Shown here: positions 1-13,123 of the stretch, in pieces
How positions within the stretch are numbered: position 1 is the stretch's first letter
Layout of the letters: each line of letters opens with the position of its first letter
From: Isurus oxyrinchus
Lineage: Eukaryota
Direction: 5' to 3'
Assembly (NCBI GenBank): GCA_026770705.1
Contig: JANJGN010000034.1
Span: 3,224,001 to 3,288,000 of the forward strand
Length of the DNA stretch: 64,000 bases
Notes under the pieces: model-generated
Database searches by the model: none
Told to the model about the DNA's origin: nothing
Seen by the model: the letters and a program-made list of their open reading frames with translations, nothing else
Translations under genes and position numbers: made by a program

Positions 1-227
1 CTACAATTACTCATATTGGAGAGAGACAAGATCATATGTTCAATGATATATCAGTATATTCCTGGCTTTTCGTTGTTTGCAGCAAATGTGATATGCAATC
101 AATTGAGACATCAGTAGCATTGCCTATATTTCAGAATATTTGGAAAACAAGCATTTGACGCAGAACAGATAGACATTAGCCAAAAAAAGCACTAAAGTAC
201 AATGAAAGACAGGCCTGTTCCACTCAC

Positions 228-263
228 CGGCAATCTCCAAAGCAGCTTTTAGCTCATCTAAAC
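228..263 (-). CDS. Microexon E13 (36 nt, phase 1-1, class A); peptide SLDELKAALEIA
   Basis: Minus strand reads ttccgcttcctgcattctcttag|GTTTAGATGAGCTAAAAGCTGCTTTGGAGATTGCCG|gtgagt. An in-frame alternative AG 6 nt downstream would give a 30-nt exon. Confidence 0.85.
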
Positions 264-1099
264 CTAAGAGAATGCAGGAAGCGGAAAATTAACTAAACCA
301 CAGATATTGTCACCACGTTCACCAAAATGAGGGTGAAGGAATTTTCGTCTCTGCAAAGACAGCCTGAGATCTCATAGCTGTATATTACTTAGGTGCATAT
401 TTTGAAGATAATTTAAACCATCGGCACCCTATAATCTCCTAGAGCACGCCTAATGGAAACGTTTCTCAGTCATTGCATCTTCCTAATGAAATCGTTGCTT
501 TTTATCAGGAGGCTTGAATGGGCTGGAAAATGTGCTGCCAAAAAAGGTGACATTCATTATTGCCCCTATCACACGTAAATGAAGCACAGCTAGTTCCTAC
601 ATAGGGACATGCGCAGGTAATTCTTTAAAATGGAAGTTGCTCCGAGTGGGGCACCATCTTCAATCTCACTGCGGTAGTTTGAATTACCCATTTGGAGACA
701 AGCTTTAATTTGCGCTAATTGTCCATTATTAAGTAACTTCCACATAGAAAGCTTGCAAGCCTGTTATTTGCTGACGTTAAAAGCCCTATACTTATTTGGC
801 CAAATTGAATGCGGATGTCGTCACTGTTCTTTGTTTGCAATGCTCAAATTCAAACAAGTATATTATTATCATAATTAACTGATTTAATATTTACATAGAT
901 TTTATTCTAATCATCTTGCTTTTTTATGAATTGGATATGTCAGACTTTTGCAGGTTGTAAATTCAAATGTATTTGAAACATGATTATCCAACAGTTATAT
1001 TGAATCTGAATTTGCGAAGTGAGACACCAGGTGTGTGGTGTTGTAGAACTCGTCCATTGAGAAGGTACAGCGTTCGCTGTTATTGCTTCTCCTTCTTCA

Positions 1100-1405
1100 G
1101 GTACCATGCCAAAAAAAAGGATTTAGTTGACCATGGAGTTACATTGAATTGGCGTAGGATTAAGCTTAGCAGGGCACTGCATTGGTTTGCCGTTGCTTTC
1201 GGCAGTTTGGTTGACCAGAAAACTCTCTCGCTCTTGCTGCTATCTATTGGGTGCAATGGAATGATTTACAGGCCGGTAAGAAACCTGCTAGAAGACGATA
1301 TGAGCGCATCTCCGGTGGATATTAAGTCCTCCAGTGGGACTTGAACCCAGAGCTTCTGGCTGAAAAAATTGTCGAGATTCTACTCTTTGGACCAGCAGAC
1401 CTCCT
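1100..1405 (-). mobile_element. tRNA-derived SINE, family also at 2600-2870 and 44200-44460
   Basis: B-box-like GGGTTCAAGTCCCACT on the minus strand near 1332-1348. An internal AAGAGC..GAGAGTT-like motif is shared by the three copies. Confidence 0.6.
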
Positions 1406-2079
1406 GTACTCTTCGCAATGCTATGAAACTGACTGCAACTTCAGAGGCTCCTGGCATATGTAGGTTACAAGCAAAATGAACATTACTTAGATAGCAACAT
1501 TACTCTAAAAGGTAAAGAGCTCGTCAAAATGTTTCATATGAACAATTTTGAGCGATGGATTGCTATCGATTTGCAGAGCCAATGCCTTCGATATCCGAGG
1601 GCACGGCAAGTGATTACCTGGAAAGGGATCACAGCTACTTCTTTGGAGACCATCAGATTTAATGGTGGGGGACCTCGACACGTTATACTGTTGATACGAT
1701 TAGATAAAAATAGAAGCAGACAAGATCGATGTGATCCGGGTAGCCTTCAGTGGAGTTCTGTGGATGGACGGTCATGTGATAAATGTGCCAATGTCAGCAG
1801 ACAAACCCGGAACGATGAGGATGGATAATGTACCTTTTTGGCCTCATGGACGGAAGGTGTTGGGTTTGCAGAGGGGGGCGGTGAGTGGTGTTAAACACAG
1901 AATTAAAGGAAAGAAAATGGGCACAACTTTGTTGGCAACACCACATTTAAGTGTTTTGCAGTGAAAAAGGAGTTTGGATTCGAGCCAATGTTTGATAAGA
2001 ACGTTACGCCCAATCATTGGCTATGAGAGCAGAGTTGAAGCCATCATAGTTACATTCATAACCTCTACAATTTAATAAC

Positions 2080-2560
2080 ACACTTATTGCACACTTGGCT
2101 TCCTACATCTTCCCTGCATTATTAAAAGAACTGCTGCCCATGGCCCTAATCGAAGCCGTGTGCTTTCCACATTCAGCATTGTTAGCATTGGTTGACATGG
2201 TCTTCAGACAATCAGGACCTTGACTTTAGTATGTTTTCTATGATTTATTTTTCTTATGAATCTACTCTATGTCGTCGACCCTCCTTCTCTATGTATCCTT
2301 CTCTGCTCGTACAACCCCTACGGAGTTTTCTGTGCTCCCCTAATTTCAGACTCCTAAGCAATGCAAACGTTAATTGCTTCCACATTGCTTTCCATGCTGT
2401 CGGCTGTCGAAAGTATTAGCGCACAGATGTGGTACCATCATCTCTTTGACTGAACCTGTCGCTGAAAAATGTTCATCGGAATTGCTTTGGTGCGTTCCTT
2501 TATATAATCGTGCTGCATGAATATAATTCATGTTTGTTGCAACCTGTGAATTTGTACTTA
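2080..2560 (+). mobile_element. Decayed L2-type LINE 3' end
   Basis: Resembles the L2 tail I recall (ctgtgctcccctaatttcagactcct...ttaattgc). A similar segment lies at 53560-53740. Confidence 0.45.
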
Positions 2561-2599
2561 CGAAGTTGTCGTCAGTTTCAAAGGGGTACGGGATGAACA

Positions 2600-2870
2600 G
2601 CGGGACTTATGCTGCAATAGGTATGGCCTCTACTTTTCAGCCAGAACCTCCAGTTTCAATTCCCACTCCAGGACTTAAGAGCCATGGACGCTGCACTCCT
2701 CATGTGGTAAACAGACATATCATCAGCCCGCAAATCCGCCAGATACACCTGATGGTAGGCGGGAAGAGCAGGAACGTTTTCAGGTGAGCCATATTCCCAA
2801 AACTTGCAGCAAACCCAATGCAGTACTACGCTGAGTACAATCATGTACCAAAACAATCTAAGTCCATTGT
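2600..2870 (+). mobile_element. tRNA-derived SINE copy
   Basis: Head cagccagaacctccagtttcaattcccactccaggactt, colinear with the copies at 1100-1405 (-) and 44200-44460 (+). Confidence 0.6.
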
Positions 2871-3900
2871 CAAAAAGCCTTTTTTGGGTGAGAGGGGAGA
2901 TTTTTGAGACTGGAACTATAACGGGGACAGCACCATAGCTTGAAGAGAGAGATAGAGAATAGTTAACCATATCAGCTAACACGTTGACCATTTTCCTAGT
3001 CTGTATTTAAATGAACAATTTGATGTCATGAAGAACAACATGGAGAGAGAGGGAAAAAAAGAAGTTAGAAGTGAAAACAGTGATGTTGATTCAAGTTCAG
3101 GGCTAAAGCTATTTGGAGACGTTCAGGGCTCTCTTGACACCTAAACATATACTTTAGCCAGGATACTAGTGGAATACAACAGCACAGTATTATGGCAGCT
3201 GACCAGCTGGTGCTGATTCCAATGACGAATAAATTAAAGAGTTAATCAGTCTTCTTATTGGAAGGCTGGACTGATGGGATATGACAGATAGGTTTATGGT
3301 GACAGTTTATCGCAGGAAAGAAGCTTAATCTAGTGGTTAATTTTTAATTCCAAGATGATATTTTAATAATGGAATTTTCTTTTTCCAGAAAGATCGTAGG
3401 TGACTGTGTATCATGTGATACATTTAGATCTGGCTGGAATGAATGTACCATATCCCTTTTAGACTGTGTGCCTTGAATTTTGTACAGCACAGATGAGTTT
3501 CACTACACCTGACAGAGTGCCAGGGTGAGTCATGATTTCACTGGGCTCTAGCATATCACAGGTGGACATGGGGTCGCAGTTGGAATCAGTCTCTACAGGC
3601 AAGTATGAAGAAAGGCCAAAACACTGTGTTATGTAAATGAATAGAGGGAACAGTTCTTATCCTGGGGGAGACGCAGAACAAAACAAAACAGGTTTGTGGC
3701 CCGGAAATGGGTGTTGGGGACTTTGATGCAACGCGTTGAATACAGATGGCATTACCTATGGCTGCTAACTGCGCCTTGCGATATTACACGAGATGTTAGT
3801 CTGAATTGGCTGGACATGAATATTTGCTGTAGAGTTTACGTGGAGGAGGTTCATTAGGGAGGGAAAAATGGTAAGTTGAAATCATGGCGACAATTATTAA
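2870..3900 (-). mobile_element. Decayed L2 LINE ORF2 fragment
   Basis: The translation LADMVNYSLS...GAVP..VP resembles the L2 pre-RT motif LADIVNxSLSSGxVP. The extent beyond ~3000 is uncertain. Confidence 0.45.
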
Positions 3901-4059
3901 GATTTGGTCTTGCACTAAATGCTCCACCACAGTGAGTGCTGTCGATCTCATTCCCCACTACAGCAACAACCCCATCACCCCAGCACACGATGGCCGCACC
4001 TGCTCACCCATGCCACGACCACCACGCCTTTGGGTTCATCAACATGACATTGCATTAGC

Positions 4060-4410
4060 AGGTCACGGGATGTCCACTGCAGAACGCTAGTCTAATGTGC
4101 AAACCTGGGTTCAAATCGCACATCGACAGCAGGTGGAATTTATATTCAATTAATAAACCTGTATTTGAAAGCTAATTTCAGGAGTGCCGACCATAACAGC
4201 TTTCCTGTTTTGTTAAAAATAATAATAATGCTGTTGACTAATTTCGTCGAGGAAGGGAAATCGGCTACTCTTACCTGATCTGGCAGATATGTGACTCCAC
4301 ACCCACAAGAACGTGATTGACTCTGATTTTCCCGCTGACCTCAGTTCAATGTCAATTAGGGATCACAATGAACGATAATGATGCTCACGTATCATGAAAC
4401 AACTTTTTTA
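4060..4410 (+). mobile_element. tRNA-derived SINE with LINE-like tail (family also at 12270-12580, 50880-51260; related minus copies 27900-28150, 63170-63420)
   Basis: B box gggttcaaatc, then gcaggtggaattt...cttacctg.tc.g...atgtgactcca...caattaggga. Colinear with 50880-51260. Confidence 0.75.
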
Positions 4411-7191
4411 AATTTCTGATGCATGTGTATTCATTGATCAATAAACGATTATTTGAAATATTTAAACTAAATTTTATACAGATTTAAAAAAATATAAGTA
4501 AATATTTCAGCTTCTGATTTCACCCTACGTATATGTAGTAATCTTTATTTCCGTCGATGTATTGTTTTATTATGTGTCTGCCGCCTTTGTCGGCTGTGAA
4601 ATCCATTGAGACGAGCTGCTTGAAGAACTTGTTGATATAACTGGAGCTAGACGTGGGGAAATTCCCAGAGAATAACTTTGGGATCAGTTGAGGTATAGGA
4701 GAATAGGGTTGGTGGGATATGTCACCCCAGATAGAGCGTGAAATTTCCCAGTGAGATAGATTAGGCTGTTGACACACCATTTCAATAAATATCAATTGTT
4801 TAAATTCTTAGTTTAGTGTCTAAGTACACATATAGATGAGATCAACATTATTGCATCTCCTAAAAAATGTCTACCCTTTACCTTTAAATTTGTAAAATGT
4901 TTTCTTTCGAATGTATCCACTGTTATCATTCCCTCCATTGTCTTTACAATGAACGAAATGTGTTTATCCAGAATTTATGGCGTAGCGACCTGAAGCCTTG
5001 CCCACTGCTGCCTGCTGTTTTCATCAGTGATCACAAGTGTGCTTGTTAGCGCTGAGGCTGAAGATAAGAATGAATATTTCTTGGTCCGATCCCAACGTCA
5101 TGCCTCTGGTAATTAACTTCATAGTTTGCAACTAAGTCTGTGGTGAGTGCCAGACGTTGTACCACTGCTTTTGAAACCCCGGCAAAATTCATTATGTTCA
5201 TTGTAGTCGATAGGCAATCTGTTTATGGCGACGCTGTAGGTTGTTTTGCACTTAACTTGTTTTTCTTTGACAAAGTCACGCGATATTTTCATCTCTTTAA
5301 TTGACAGGGTGGCTTCAAAACATTTTTCTCCCTTATGAGTTTCAGTTTCTAAAGATGATAGTGTTTACAGGACTTCTACAGTGTACAGAATTTACTTGAG
5401 AGCCAAGCATAAATGAACTTGGACGATGATTTAGTTTAGCAATCCGTGCTTTTTGTATCTTTACCCTGGTCGCTGTCTCTGGGGCTAAATGAAAACCAAA
5501 CGTGAATTTAGCTGTTATCTTTGCATTGTTGTAGTAGAGTAACCATCTGTTAGATAACAGCCACAGTAATTCAACAGTACCAAAATTAGTGAAAGCAAAA
5601 CAGATCCTTAATTACACCAATAGTGATGAAAAAAAATTATTGCATATTAACATTTTCAACAAGTTCCTCTCAATAATGTTGCATTTTTGCGCACACATAA
5701 CCCCACTGCTCTCTTTCAAATGACTTATCGGGACATTGTCCACAACCAGTTTCAAGGGGATTCTTTGTATTAATTGTTTGAAATGAGATAACTTGAAGAT
5801 CTGACTGCTTTTCGAGGTACTACAAGACCATATGATATGATGCGTTAGCGGGGTCGATTGTAAGGCAGGTGGGGAAAAATAAAAATAGACATAAGGACGC
5901 ATCTTCGAAGAAGGCTGTAGGCTATAGAAGGGGCCACATTTGCGAAAGTCGGCAGAATTAGCAAATTCATAACTCTATGCATATATGAATAAATAACGAT
6001 GCTTATATGTACCTGAATCATTGTTACAGAAGTTTCCTGCTAAATAGAACTGCCCTTTCTGTAATATTACCCTGACAATGTACAGGTTAATTTTCCCAAA
6101 AACTAACTGAACAACGTTTGGATGTGGATTGTAGCCGGAAACTATGATAATAAGTGTGATTGTACGTTAAACAGGCAGATTTTATGGTGAAAGTGGAAGA
6201 AAAAACCAGTGACGCTGAACAAGCAGCATCTCATCAGATAGCCACCACGCTGTAGAAATTATGTTGTCCTTTCCAGAAGGGGCGCCAAAGAGTCTCCGGC
6301 CAAGGTGTGCGACTCCCACCTCCAATCCATACGACACTAATTATATAGGGCTATTATTTCTTGCAGACCAATAGACAACAAGATCGTAAAATGATATTCC
6401 TCTTTTAAAAATATTTAGAGAGCAACTAATCTGAAATATTGCCAATGTTTTTACGTGAGCCGCTTTCATTTGAATCGAGCTTTGCAAGGGACAATAGGAA
6501 GAGTGTTGCACCTTTTTTGCCAAGTCAGTGTAGGAGGATTTAGGACCTCAATTGTTCTACTCACCGAATGGGTACAGCACTCAACTGGAGCTCAGAGTGT
6601 CTAATACTTATATTAACGCCAGATAACATAGATGGTTTTACTCATTAATTGCTATAAGCCGGCATTCATAAAGTTAGATAGATTGATCTGAGTGAGGGTT
6701 CGTGTGGAGCAAAAGCACTGGCATTAAGCCATTGGACATAATATCCATTTCTAAACTGTATATAAAGCATATTCTCAGTTAGTCTGAGCTGTAGCTGCTA
6801 CATGTCATTATTCGGCTGTTTTTTGTTCTTATTTATTTTGCTTGGTTCACTGTTGGGTGTGCCATGATCAGGGTATGACAAGAGTTTCAGCATTTCATGT
6901 TCAAAGAAGCGAACAAACAGAACTGAAGCCCTTCAACTCATCGCTTTGCGAGTTTTAACGGGATGATGGTTCAAATTGTCCCTCACTGGCATTTTTCTGG
7001 AATGGTATCAAATTATATAGGTCAATGTTTTTGAGGTGATCATGAATTGGTGCAACTGAATAGTGAAAAATATTTCAGGGGAGTTAACGGCATTCAAAAG
7101 TTGCTTAGCACTCTTGTGCATTTAGATGAGATGGCAGCCTGTCTGGTATTCGAACATGCTAAAGTTCATCATAAGGTATTTTACTACTTAC

Positions 7192-7218
7192 TGCATTTAA
7201 GCTGAAGGTCTTCAAGTT
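7192..7218 (-). CDS. Microexon E12 (27 nt, phase 1-1, class C); peptide ELEDLQLKC
   Basis: Minus strand reads ctaat...gcctttggcgtttag|AACTTGAAGACCTTCAGCTTAAATGCA|gtaagta. Paralog of E8. Confidence 0.9.
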
Positions 7219-8530
7219 CTAAACGCCAAAGGCATGGTAAATGATTAGATACTTGCCGAGCTAAATGCAACGATTGTCTGAATTCCTTTTGTCACCAAAG
7301 AGGCAGGAGAAATAATGCACAATTGATAACTTCTCAATTGAGTCAGCGCAGATGCCAAGATATTGTATTTAGTCAAGACCTCTGCCTGCATTTAGCCCGT
7401 AGCAATCATCTTTGCTTTTGCAAGGAAAAACGTTTTTTTGTCGACCTGCTGCATTATTTGTCAACCCAACAGCTTTGTTCCAAAGTCATTTGTCTATTGT
7501 GGTTTGATATCTTTCTTGAACACTAAAAAACAATAACTGAAGTAAGGCTGAGTTTTTTTTACAGCCTATTTCATCCTCTAGTGACAACAGAGAAGAAACA
7601 TTAAGAAGCACATTGCCTAGGATAGGTTAATTATAAAGGAAACAAAAAGTCGCCGGCTGAATAATCGGTGCTGAATTCGTTTGCACCTACTTTGCACTCT
7701 TTGCTAAAAGGGAAAAGAAAATGCCTCACCAAATCAATGACTGCCAGAACACGAATCTGATATGAAACTGGGAAGATTCGGCCCAGTGATAGGCTGATAT
7801 TATACGCTTTGAGGCAAAATCTCCACCGCCCTGCACAGTGCCTGTGAGTTGAGACTGATAAGCTAAGTGACATTGCCTTTTTCCATCACCACTTGACGAA
7901 GGTCCACTCTTCCTTCTTGTCTATCTGTCGCTTAGATCCTAGGTGCTGTTTACTCACCCATTTTTTGCTTGTTTCTATTTTTCCTCCATAGAATAGTGGT
8001 TATTTGACAATTCACCAGTTATTGTTTGCCCTTTAGTTACACTTCATGCACCTGAATATTGCAGAGATGGGAAGAATGGCTGCTAGTCTCAGAGAACACG
8101 GTCACTTCTATGCTCTCCTTGAAGTTATCCATTATTCCAAGGTGGCGACAATGGTCACTCCTTCACGATTACTCAATAAAACTCTGAGAGCTGCCAATAC
8201 TTGGGAAGAATAATCACAAAACCTCAGTGCTACAGTAAGAAAGCTCACTGCCAGTTTTGTTACAGCGGGCAGAATGCCCCATGAATGACAACTTGGCGAC
8301 AAAGTTTAGGAGATTTCTTTATGCCACAGTTTTGTCTCTGATCGTTAGGATTGCTTGCACGGGTTGGCAAGAACATTTTGCAGAGAGCTCGAGGGATGCA
8401 GTACACCTCACATAGAAAGTACTACAAACAATGGGTCCGTTTTTAATCTTTTCACTTACCCTTTGATTAAAATTGAATGTAAATTTTCGAACTTACATTT
8501 TCAAGTTAAATACCCATTTGAGGCGCATAC

Positions 8531-8557
8531 CTTTTTCCTTGTTACGCAGTCTTTGTT
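8531..8557 (-). CDS. Microexon E11 (27 nt, phase 1-1, class B); peptide EQRLRNKEK
   Basis: Minus strand reads cctctttttctgcacag|AACAAAGACTGCGTAACAAGGAAAAAG|gtatgc. Confidence 0.88.
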
Positions 8558-9061
8558 CTGTGCAGAAAAAGAGGTAAACACTGGTTGAAAATATTAGCGA
8601 ATAGATACATTTTGAGAAGATACCGGCTAGAATTTTAATTGTAGAAATGCATGCCTGACAGAAGGGAAATGAGAGCCTCGTGTAAAGGCGAATCACTCGT
8701 TGTAAGACACCCACCTGATATGTAGTTCCCCGGATTCAACATAAAATATAACAATAGTAACAAAACAAGAGATCGATGGAATTCCACCAATTTCAATGTG
8801 ACTGAATAATTAATGAATTGCTAACCTTTTCCGACAAACGTAAATGCATGCAAACAATTAATTCTCGTTGAAGAGTCGGTGGCAGCCGCTTAGCTGGGTC
8901 AAACGGGTTACCACTGATCCTAGAGGAAGTCCCAACATCTCCATTTCTTGGGCAGCAGGCGAAATTGTCAGTAGCGCCTTGATCCTGAGAATGATCAGAA
9001 AGGTGTATGCATTTTTCATGTAATCAATTAAGTGACGGCTCAGAGAAGCATCTATCGGTGT

Positions 9062-9091
9062 GGGGGGGGGGGGGGGGGGTGGGGGGGGGGG
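9062..9091. repeat. Poly-G tract
   Basis: About 30 nt of G with a single T interruption. Confidence 0.95.
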
Positions 9092-11175
9092 AGTGTCGTT
9101 GCTGAACGTGTTAAGTGACAACAGGTAAATTTCAAAAAAAAACTTTTTTTAACGGCCTTATTCAACCTTCACTAGTTGCATCGAGCACATGGAATCCACC
9201 CTTGTGCCATGGATTGGGGCTTTCCGTCAACACCAATGCAGCAAGCCTCAAGGAAAACAATATCTGCTGGAAATAATAATCAAATTGGACACCCAAAGCA
9301 TCATCAAATAAAGAAACTTTGAGGCTCACCCGAACGTTCCAGAGCGCCTTTCACATTTTCCAGTTCTGAAAGAAATTATCGAAGTCCAAGAATCGTGAGA
9401 ATTTTACATTCAGTGCAACGTTGAGCAGCATAAATCCTCTGCAGAAATACAGTTGTTTGGATAATTGCCCGGCATTCAAGCCAGGATATTGGACTGCTAA
9501 AGGTCACTGGGACCGATTTTGCTCGCATTTTTCACTTTATTCAACAATCTGCTATTTCCTGAAGTTTTGTTGCTGTAGTGATGATTTTCATATTTGACAT
9601 AAATTCACGGATTACAGTTTCACTGTAGTGTATTTTTTTGTCGGCGTTGCTTATGCATGAGTTCTGATTGCTGAACCCGTTTTTTTTAAATTTGATTTTA
9701 GCAGGCCCGGCTTCTGGTTTACTGCACAAAAAAACCCTGCTCTCCCTGACTTAGTCTCCAACATCCCGCCTTTAAATGGCACCTTTGCGTCCACGCTCAC
9801 TGCATTTCAAGCTTTATAGTAAATCTTAGAAGATGAATTTGAAGTCCTTCAGAAGTAATGAGCATTTGGAGGTTCACTGGAAGCGACCATCAATAAACAT
9901 TGATTTCTCACATTCCTACCTCTTAATAATTGCTTCAATGTGAAAAGCTGGCGTTGGGTGTGTCACTTTAATAGTGTTCAGCCGTTATTGACACCATTGC
10001 CTCAAAACATCACTGGACCCGTCGATAAGAGCCACAACACCTCGACTAGCTCCAATACATCACCAGCATCAAAATCCAACTTCCTCCACCACTGCCTTCA
10101 TGATCCTCGAATCCGCAGTCAGTTCCTATTACCCCCCCAAGTCGGAGCATCCAACAACCTCGGGAATATCCCTCAACATGCATCGAATACTCTCCACGCG
10201 CTGACAACTGGCCAATCATCGACTACCCGCCAACCCCGCCCATTTTCTACCATCTTGTCCATCCAACAACAACAGCCCACCGACACTCCCGATAACCATC
10301 CCCCGCCCGTCACTCATCGAGCACACGCTAGCCCACCATACGCCCCCACCGCAAATCCCCCTGTCTCTGAACATATCTAATGTACTTACATGACTCTAGT
10401 TTGCCAAGTTGGAATTTAAACAGAAGGACCTTTAAACATACAGTTTCATGGCAGGAAGCACAGTGAAAATGAAAGGGCGATGCTTTCACTTTTCCCGATG
10501 CTACTGAAAGGACTCGGGGACCAGGTTAGCTGCATGCATCTCACCAGACCCGGGGCGGAAGTCCGGGAGAGAAATGTGTCCATCCCAACCACAATATGTG
10601 AAAAGAGTGGATAGGGAATCCGTCGGTGATTGCCACCCATTGGAGCCCCTGGGCCATCAGGGAAAACATTATATAGCATTTTACGTTAGCTACGAGGGTA
10701 GGCATGATCCATGTCCATGATTATAACTCCATTTGAATAGGAAATATGTCCTCCCCCTACTTGATTGCTTAATACCTTATACTTTGACGGCAAATAAATG
10801 AATTTCAGACATTCAGAGGCCTCATGCGACTGGAGTGTTTGCACCTTTGCAGCTCTGTTGTTAGTTAAGATGGGGTACTGGGGCAATGAATGGATAATTT
10901 TACCCTACTGGTATTCGGAGGAAAAATGGAAAATTGTTCAAGACATGGAAAACCAACAGTGACTTTTAGCTTCCAGTGAAACTAAATATTGGGAATTCAT
11001 TATTATGTACACCAAAAATAGTTTGTCCTGTTATGCATCCCAATAAAACTGGGTTTCTGAGACTCTGATTAATACAATTCCTAATTTCATGAACACATTT
11101 CCTTCAGGAATCTGTAATAATTTACACCTTGCACATTATACATTGTACACCAATTATAACAACTGGCTTTTGTAC

Positions 11176-11202
11176 CTTTGCTGATTTCCTTTGGGTCTGG
11201 CT
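11176..11202 (-). CDS. Microexon E10 (27 nt, phase 1-1); peptide KPDPKEISK (Pro-containing)
   Basis: Minus strand reads ttttaatttatcttgcag|AGCCAGACCCAAAGGAAATCAGCAAAG|gtacaa. Strong acceptor, moderate donor. Confidence 0.65.
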
Positions 11203-11349
11203 CTGCAAGATAAATTAAAATATATGTTATATCTTAGGCTGGGAATTGAATGGAAGAAGACACAAATAGTTCAGGCACCAGAAACAGGTGGTTATATTAT
11301 CGACTATTTTTAGGAATACTGAACGAAATGTTCAAATGTAAAAAATCTC

Positions 11350-11790
11350 TGCTACCGTTCAGTAAGTAGCACTTACACTTCAGAATCAGGAGATTTGGGT
11401 TTCAAATGTTGGTCCAGACACTTGAGCACATTTATTAGGATGGCATTGCACATCTCAGGGAGTGGTATTGGAGATGCTGACCTTCTAGTGAGACGTTAAG
11501 ACAAGCCTCTCTCTGCCACCTCAGGTGTAACATGCAAGATCAGAATGCATTATTCCAAAGAAGAGAAGTGGTACTGTACCGAGGGTGGAGCCCAATATTT
11601 ATGTCTTAAACAATATTATAGAGACAGATTGTCCTGGTTATGTACTGTCGTTTCTAATCGTATCCTTGGGGGAAATTTGCTATCCTGTAATCTACATTAC
11701 AAAAATATTTGCACTTAATTTGGTGTGAGAATATTTGGAACATTTTGGGATCAAAAACGGCAATTTTCTTAAGCCTATTTATCTTCCCTT
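11350..11790 (+). mobile_element. Deu-domain-like (SacSINE1/AmnSINE-type) SINE, decayed; related copies near 22370-22700, 40660-40920 and 58420-58620 (-)
   Basis: tRNA-like head, then the gtgagacgtt...ctctc...aggtg...gaagag...ccaatattta core recognised from memory. gtgagacgtt is shared with the copy at 22484. Confidence 0.55.
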
Positions 11791-12012
11791 TGCTGCTCTG
11801 GACATTGCAGAGTCAATTGAAACAAAAGAAGACATTTTAGAATTCATGTTTATTAGGTTGTTAAGCATGGACTTATGCTTACGGACGTATAATGATGCTG
11901 ATCGATGAAGCATAACAGCAGAAGGGCCATATGTGCGGCAACGAAATGTGATGTAAAGAACCTGTTAGGCCATAAAGACTGTACATTCAGACTATGATCG
12001 TGTGATGCACAC

Positions 12013-12048
12013 TTCTTTGTTGATGAGTTTCGTCTTTCAGCTGGGCCT
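12013..12048 (-). CDS. Candidate microexon E9 (36 nt, phase 1-1); peptide KAQLKDETHQQR
   Basis: Minus strand reads cttaatttcag|AGGCCCAGCTGAAAGACGAAACTCATCAACAAAGAA|gtgtgc. Length, phase and module position fit and the peptide is coil-like, but the donor is weak. Confidence 0.4.
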
Positions 12049-12269
12049 CTGAAATTAAGTGTTGCCCTTTCCATGACGGTGCTCTGCCAGGAATGACCAG
12101 GTGTGAGCCGGGAGATACAAAGTTGGGAGTGGAATTACTAAAGTCATGACAATGCGTGTCGTGAGGTTTAGAAGTGACATTGCACCAAGCGTAGCGTACA
12201 GAAGAGCAATGTTTATCCTAAAGGACCAGTAAACCAGAATTCTGATATAATGCAACTGACACATAAGTA

Positions 12270-12580
12270 AGAATGCCAATATGGCAGCTGGAGAATTAAC
12301 ATTGAATTAATTATATAAATCCGCAATAATGAAGCTGCAATGTTGTCATTTGAGATAACGGGGTATTGTAAATACTCACTTATACCCTTTAGGGAAGGAA
12401 CTCTTCAATTCTCACTCGGTCTGACCAATTTTCCACGACTGAGTCTTATCTGCCCTAAGAATGGGCTAGCGATCCACTCAGTTCTTCGACAAGCAGCTCC
12501 TTCTTAAGACAACTTATGGGCTGGGTAATACATGACGGCTTTACCAGTGACACCCACACCCCGTGAATTAATAATGTTAA
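12270..12580 (+). mobile_element. SINE copy (same family as 4060-4410), 5'-truncated
   Basis: Contains atggcagctggagaatt...cctttagggaagga...gccagtgacacccac-like tail. Confidence 0.65.
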
Positions 12581-13123
12581 TGCACGGCAAACTGTCGGCT
12601 TCCCTGTCACATGAGGAGAGGAGAAATACTTCACTTGACTTATGTTACACCTCTGTGTTCTAGAGATAACCAATGTCCCCCCGTGCACCAGAAGCCATGT
12701 AATTTGACCAACGTGATCCCAATGTGAAGGTCATTTCGTGTCACAGACGAGACGAAATTTATACTTTGCAGTGTCAGAAAGCACGAGGTCTTAAATCGAG
12801 AATTCGTTATGTTGCCCGCCCCCTATTCATTTCCACTTACCTCAATAGAACTGAATATTTTGAGTATTACTTGATCGATTTCAGAAATCTGGAGAGAGCA
12901 TGTTGCCGCACAAAGTAAGCTTCATCAAAAACGTTTGTCTATGCTGAAGGTCACTTTTAACCCTCTAAACCCTCTACTGTGGAGCAACACTGTGGAAGTG
13001 CAGGTCACACAGGATCAACTTGAACGTTGGAAATACTGGTGGCTGAGGGGCTTCTTCCTCTTCTTCATAGGGCCACCGCTACAAAACAGGAGAGAACAGT
13101 TCAGCCAGTGTATTAGTACTTAC

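Noticed and set aside
4520-4795. 91-aa minus ORF with a protein-like C-terminal half
   Set aside because: No recognisable motif, a non-ATG start and no splice context compatible with the phase-1 chain.
5465-5484. Minus-strand exon candidate with a good acceptor (CCCCAGAGACAGCGACCAGG|gtaaag), faintly like E10
   Set aside because: It is 20 nt and would shift the frame. The resemblance to E10 is too short to support.
6565-6600. 36-nt minus segment with a gtgagt donor
   Set aside because: It has a stop codon in phase 1 and a poor polypyrimidine tract.
9940-10380. 146-aa plus ORF, the longest in the track
   Set aside because: It arises from a C/A-rich low-complexity tract depleted of stop codons, with no domain signal.
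13010-13079. Strong minus acceptor followed by GGPMKKRKKPLSHQYFQRSS-stop
   Set aside because: It lies only about 44 nt from the E8 donor, too short for an intron. That reading needs phase 2, and no good donor follows.
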